A stretch of 64,000 bases of DNA from the NCBI GenBank assembly GCA_964532425.1, contig CAZHIA010000004.1:19740-83739 (forward strand), written 5' to 3'. Within the stretch, counting starts at the first letter, position 1. The number at the start of each line of letters is the position of its first letter. The position numbers and the translations under genes were made by a program. Source of the stretch: an uncultured Candidatus Saccharibacteria bacterium (GTDB lineage: Bacteria; Patescibacteriota; Doudnabacteria; UBA920). This document shows, piece by piece, positions 62,017-64,000 of this stretch. A model generated the notes under the pieces. It was given only the letters and a program-made list of their open reading frames with translations. It did not search any database and was not told the DNA's origin.

Positions 62017-63087
62017 TTACGCCAACAGCGAAACAACGAGCATCACCAGTGCGCCAACCACTGCGACAATGACAATTGCAATCATCGCCATCATGAGTAA
62101 CGAAGGCGACGCAGGCATTGTCCGGGAGACTGCCTGAGCCCGCGCCGACCCTGCTGCACTACCAATCTTCGAACGGATATACAATCTTACGCCGATGACT
62201 AACATAAGAAAGATTCCGAGCAGTGTTCCTAAAACGGTAAAGATGATTCCCTTCGGTAGAACCCAAAACCCGGTCTCGCCGCTTAATGTCTTTTTCCCCT
62301 GGTCGCCGTAGGAAAGTATCAAGCGGGCTTTGTAATTGCCAAAGACCAAACCTTCGCCCTTCCAGTTTTGCGTGAACTGGCGAATGGATTTCGGGAAGAC
62401 ACCCGCACCGCTGTCATTGACCGGCAGTGTTGCCACTTTCTTGCCGAACATATCTGAAATCTCGATGAAGCCCACGGGCTGGACCAGCGTATTGCCCACA
62501 TTTTCGATACGGGCCGTAAAATTCACCTCTGGCGTACCGTAAAGGCTGCGGTCAGTACGAAATTCGCGGATCTGCGCCTCATCATCGGCATCCCCGCTAA
62601 TGCGAATGCTGACTATGGAAGCAACTTCAAAGCCGACACCGGTGCCATTTGGCGTGTTTTGAGGAGGTTGCTGGGTGAAAAAGATAGCCCCAAAATGACC
62701 GCCCGGCTGCGCATCAGCCGGCACCGCAACGGTAAACGGCACTTCCTTGCTGGCCCCGCTCTGCAGGGTTACCGAAGTCACTGGCAGTTGGATCCAGGAA
62801 GCCAGCCCGTATTCGTTCGCCCCGGTTTGTTCTGAAAATTGTGGCTGCCCTGTTTCGGTCAGGCCGCTGATATTCCTTTTCTGAATATAATACGTCTGTT
62901 GCTGCTGGCTGACGTTGGTGACGGTCAGCGTTCCGGAAAAAGTCTTGCCGGGATCCACGCGCTGCTGCGTGATCGCAGGCTTAACTTTTATTCCTGCCAC
63001 ATCGGTTTGCGCGGTAGCCGGTACGCTTAAAACTAACATCAGGAAGGCTAATGCTGCGCCGGCCGCGTACTTTGCGATTCTCTTCAT
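62017..63087 (-). CDS. Cell-surface protein with signal peptide and C-terminal TM anchor (DUF916/DUF3324-like architecture)
   Basis: Signal peptide, beta-rich ectodomain, C-terminal hydrophobic anchor; the architecture recalls DUF916 proteins of WxL loci. Confidence 0.45.
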   Translation of the reverse strand: MKRIAKYAAGAALAFLMLVLSVPATAQTDVAGIKVKPAITQQRVDPGKTFSGTLTVTNVSQQQQTYYIQKRNISGLTETGQPQFSEQTGANEYGLASWIQLPVTSVTLQSGASKEVPFTVAVPADAQPGGHFGAIFFTQQPPQNTPNGTGVGFEVASIVSIRISGDADDEAQIREFRTDRSLYGTPEVNFTARIENVGNTLVQPVGFIEISDMFGKKVATLPVNDSGAGVFPKSIRQFTQNWKGEGLVFGNYKARLILSYGDQGKKTLSGETGFWVLPKGIIFTVLGTLLGIFLMLVIGVRLYIRSKIGSAAGSARAQAVSRTMPASPSLLMMAMIAIVIVAVVGALVMLVVSLLA

Positions 63088-63142
63088 ATAGTTTGTACGA
63101 AAACTCCCGCGTTAAAAACGCGGGAGCCTGGTTAATACGTTT

Positions 63143-64000
63143 TTAGAAAACTGGAGTTGCGACATACGTTAAGGTATTGGTGTAATCCTTGGCAGCTTGC
63201 TGCAGCGAAGTCACGCGAATGCGGATACCGACCCTGGTCGCACCCTTGTCAGCTGTCGAGCCGTCAGCGGGACCATTGTTGCTGAATACCGGTCTGGCCG
63301 TCAAGATGTTTCCCGCATACTTTGGCGTACCATGGCCGAATTCATTCGTATTAATGTCGTCTTCCGAAGTGATACCGTAATGTCCCCAGGTCGTCGTCGA
63401 GGAAAGAGAACCGGTGGGGTTAGCCCAGGCTGCTGGCGTGCTGGTTGCGTCATCATTGTAGAACATGTGGATCTGGGCTCCGTTACTGCTGGTTAACCGC
63501 TGGTTTTCCTGGACTGTTACCGTAAATCCATTCACTGCGTTCGTGGTCACTGCCAAACTCTGTCCTGCGACATAGTCCGTATTCGGTGCCAATGTGCCAA
63601 AATTAATTGCCGTAGCCGTGGTGGTCGTGCTCGTGTTCACTGCCTCGCCGTTAATCGACTGGCCGGAAGCCACGCCGCTCACCGTAAAGGTGAATGACGT
63701 GTCCACTGCAGCGCTCATCGTGACCTGACTGACAATCGCCACCATGGTATCAGCCGCATCAGCCATTGTTCCGCCAATATTAATCTTGTACGACCCAACT
63801 GCCGGATTGACTATTTGATGAGCCCCGCCGATTGTGATCTGCAGGGTGGCCCCGGCGGCGGCCGGAGTGCCGCTGGTGGGGGCGGTCAAAGTAACCGTAC
63901 TGCCCGACGAACCGACTCCCCAGGCTGATGACGAATTGGATGCCGCGGTCGTGGTAGCGACGCTATTCACAGTCATCGTCACATCAGAAAAGACGATTGC
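63143..64000 (-). CDS. Partial CDS (5' end beyond window): Thr/Ser-rich surface protein with a WxL-like C-terminus
   Basis: ORF remains open to the window edge. The C-terminus ...KDYTNTLTYVATPVF resembles the YxxTLTWxL..P end of WxL-domain proteins. An N-terminal signal peptide is not visible in the window. Confidence 0.45.
   Translation of the reverse strand, partial: AIVFSDVTMTVNSVATTTAASNSSSAWGVGSSGSTVTLTAPTSGTPAAAGATLQITIGGAHQIVNPAVGSYKINIGGTMADAADTMVAIVSQVTMSAAVDTSFTFTVSGVASGQSINGEAVNTSTTTTATAINFGTLAPNTDYVAGQSLAVTTNAVNGFTVTVQENQRLTSSNGAQIHMFYNDDATSTPAAWANPTGSLSSTTTWGHYGITSEDDINTNEFGHGTPKYAGNILTARPVFSNNGPADGSTADKGATRVGIRIRVTSLQQAAKDYTNTLTYVATPVF

Overview
This 64-kb window of bacterial chromosome has about 50% GC and is densely coded, mostly on the minus strand. 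The gene set (alpha2-type glycyl-tRNA synthetase, many small hypothetical proteins, giant surface proteins, cohesin/dockerin-like proteins) would fit a Patescibacteria/CPR-like or similar small-genome lineage, but that is not established.

Housekeeping genes: glyQS, tgt, pnp, rpsO, a pseudouridine synthase, tRNA-Arg(TCT), tRNA-Arg(GCG), tRNA-His(GTG), and a XerC/D-like recombinase.

Metal and redox modules:
- A copper operon of csoR, an HMA/CcdA-like/cupredoxin-like membrane protein and copA, with a CsoR-type operator palindrome sitting in the spacer of a near-consensus promoter.
- An arsR / thioredoxin_3 / ArsP-like permease operon with a 12-6-12 operator palindrome.
- A DUF302-glutaredoxin fusion and two DUF2892 membrane proteins.
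- Two P-type ATPases.

Other genes: an ABC exporter, a ferric-reductase-like flavoprotein, an M23 peptidase, a pentapeptide-repeat protein, a nucleotidyltransferase followed by a HAD-NUDIX-HAD operon, a DUF2419-like putative queuosine-salvage gene, two two-component systems, and a large cell-surface locus.

The cell-surface locus (about 48.6-64 kb, all minus strand) holds a 1399-aa FN3/PG-binding giant protein, a membrane metalloprotease, two paralogous cohesin-like anchored proteins, a dockerin-bearing protein, and DUF916-like / WxL-like proteins.

The most unusual feature is a network of related short palindromic MITE/REP-like elements scattered through intergenic regions. They sit at gene ends, some carry terminators, and one right TIR contains a start codon. 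One 105-bp copy is inserted exactly in-frame and codon-aligned inside the nucleotide-binding domain of the ABC transporter, which resembles the Rickettsia palindromic element situation.

Other notable items are a CopA with an unusual tandem-duplicated C-terminal extension of about 270 aa, twin perfect 36-bp palindromes flanking the DUF2419-like gene, iteron-like TTGACAAAAT arrays upstream of pnp and the recombinase gene, and a putative cohesin-dockerin surface-assembly system.

All calls rest on reading the sequence, motif recognition and memory of protein families; no searches were run.
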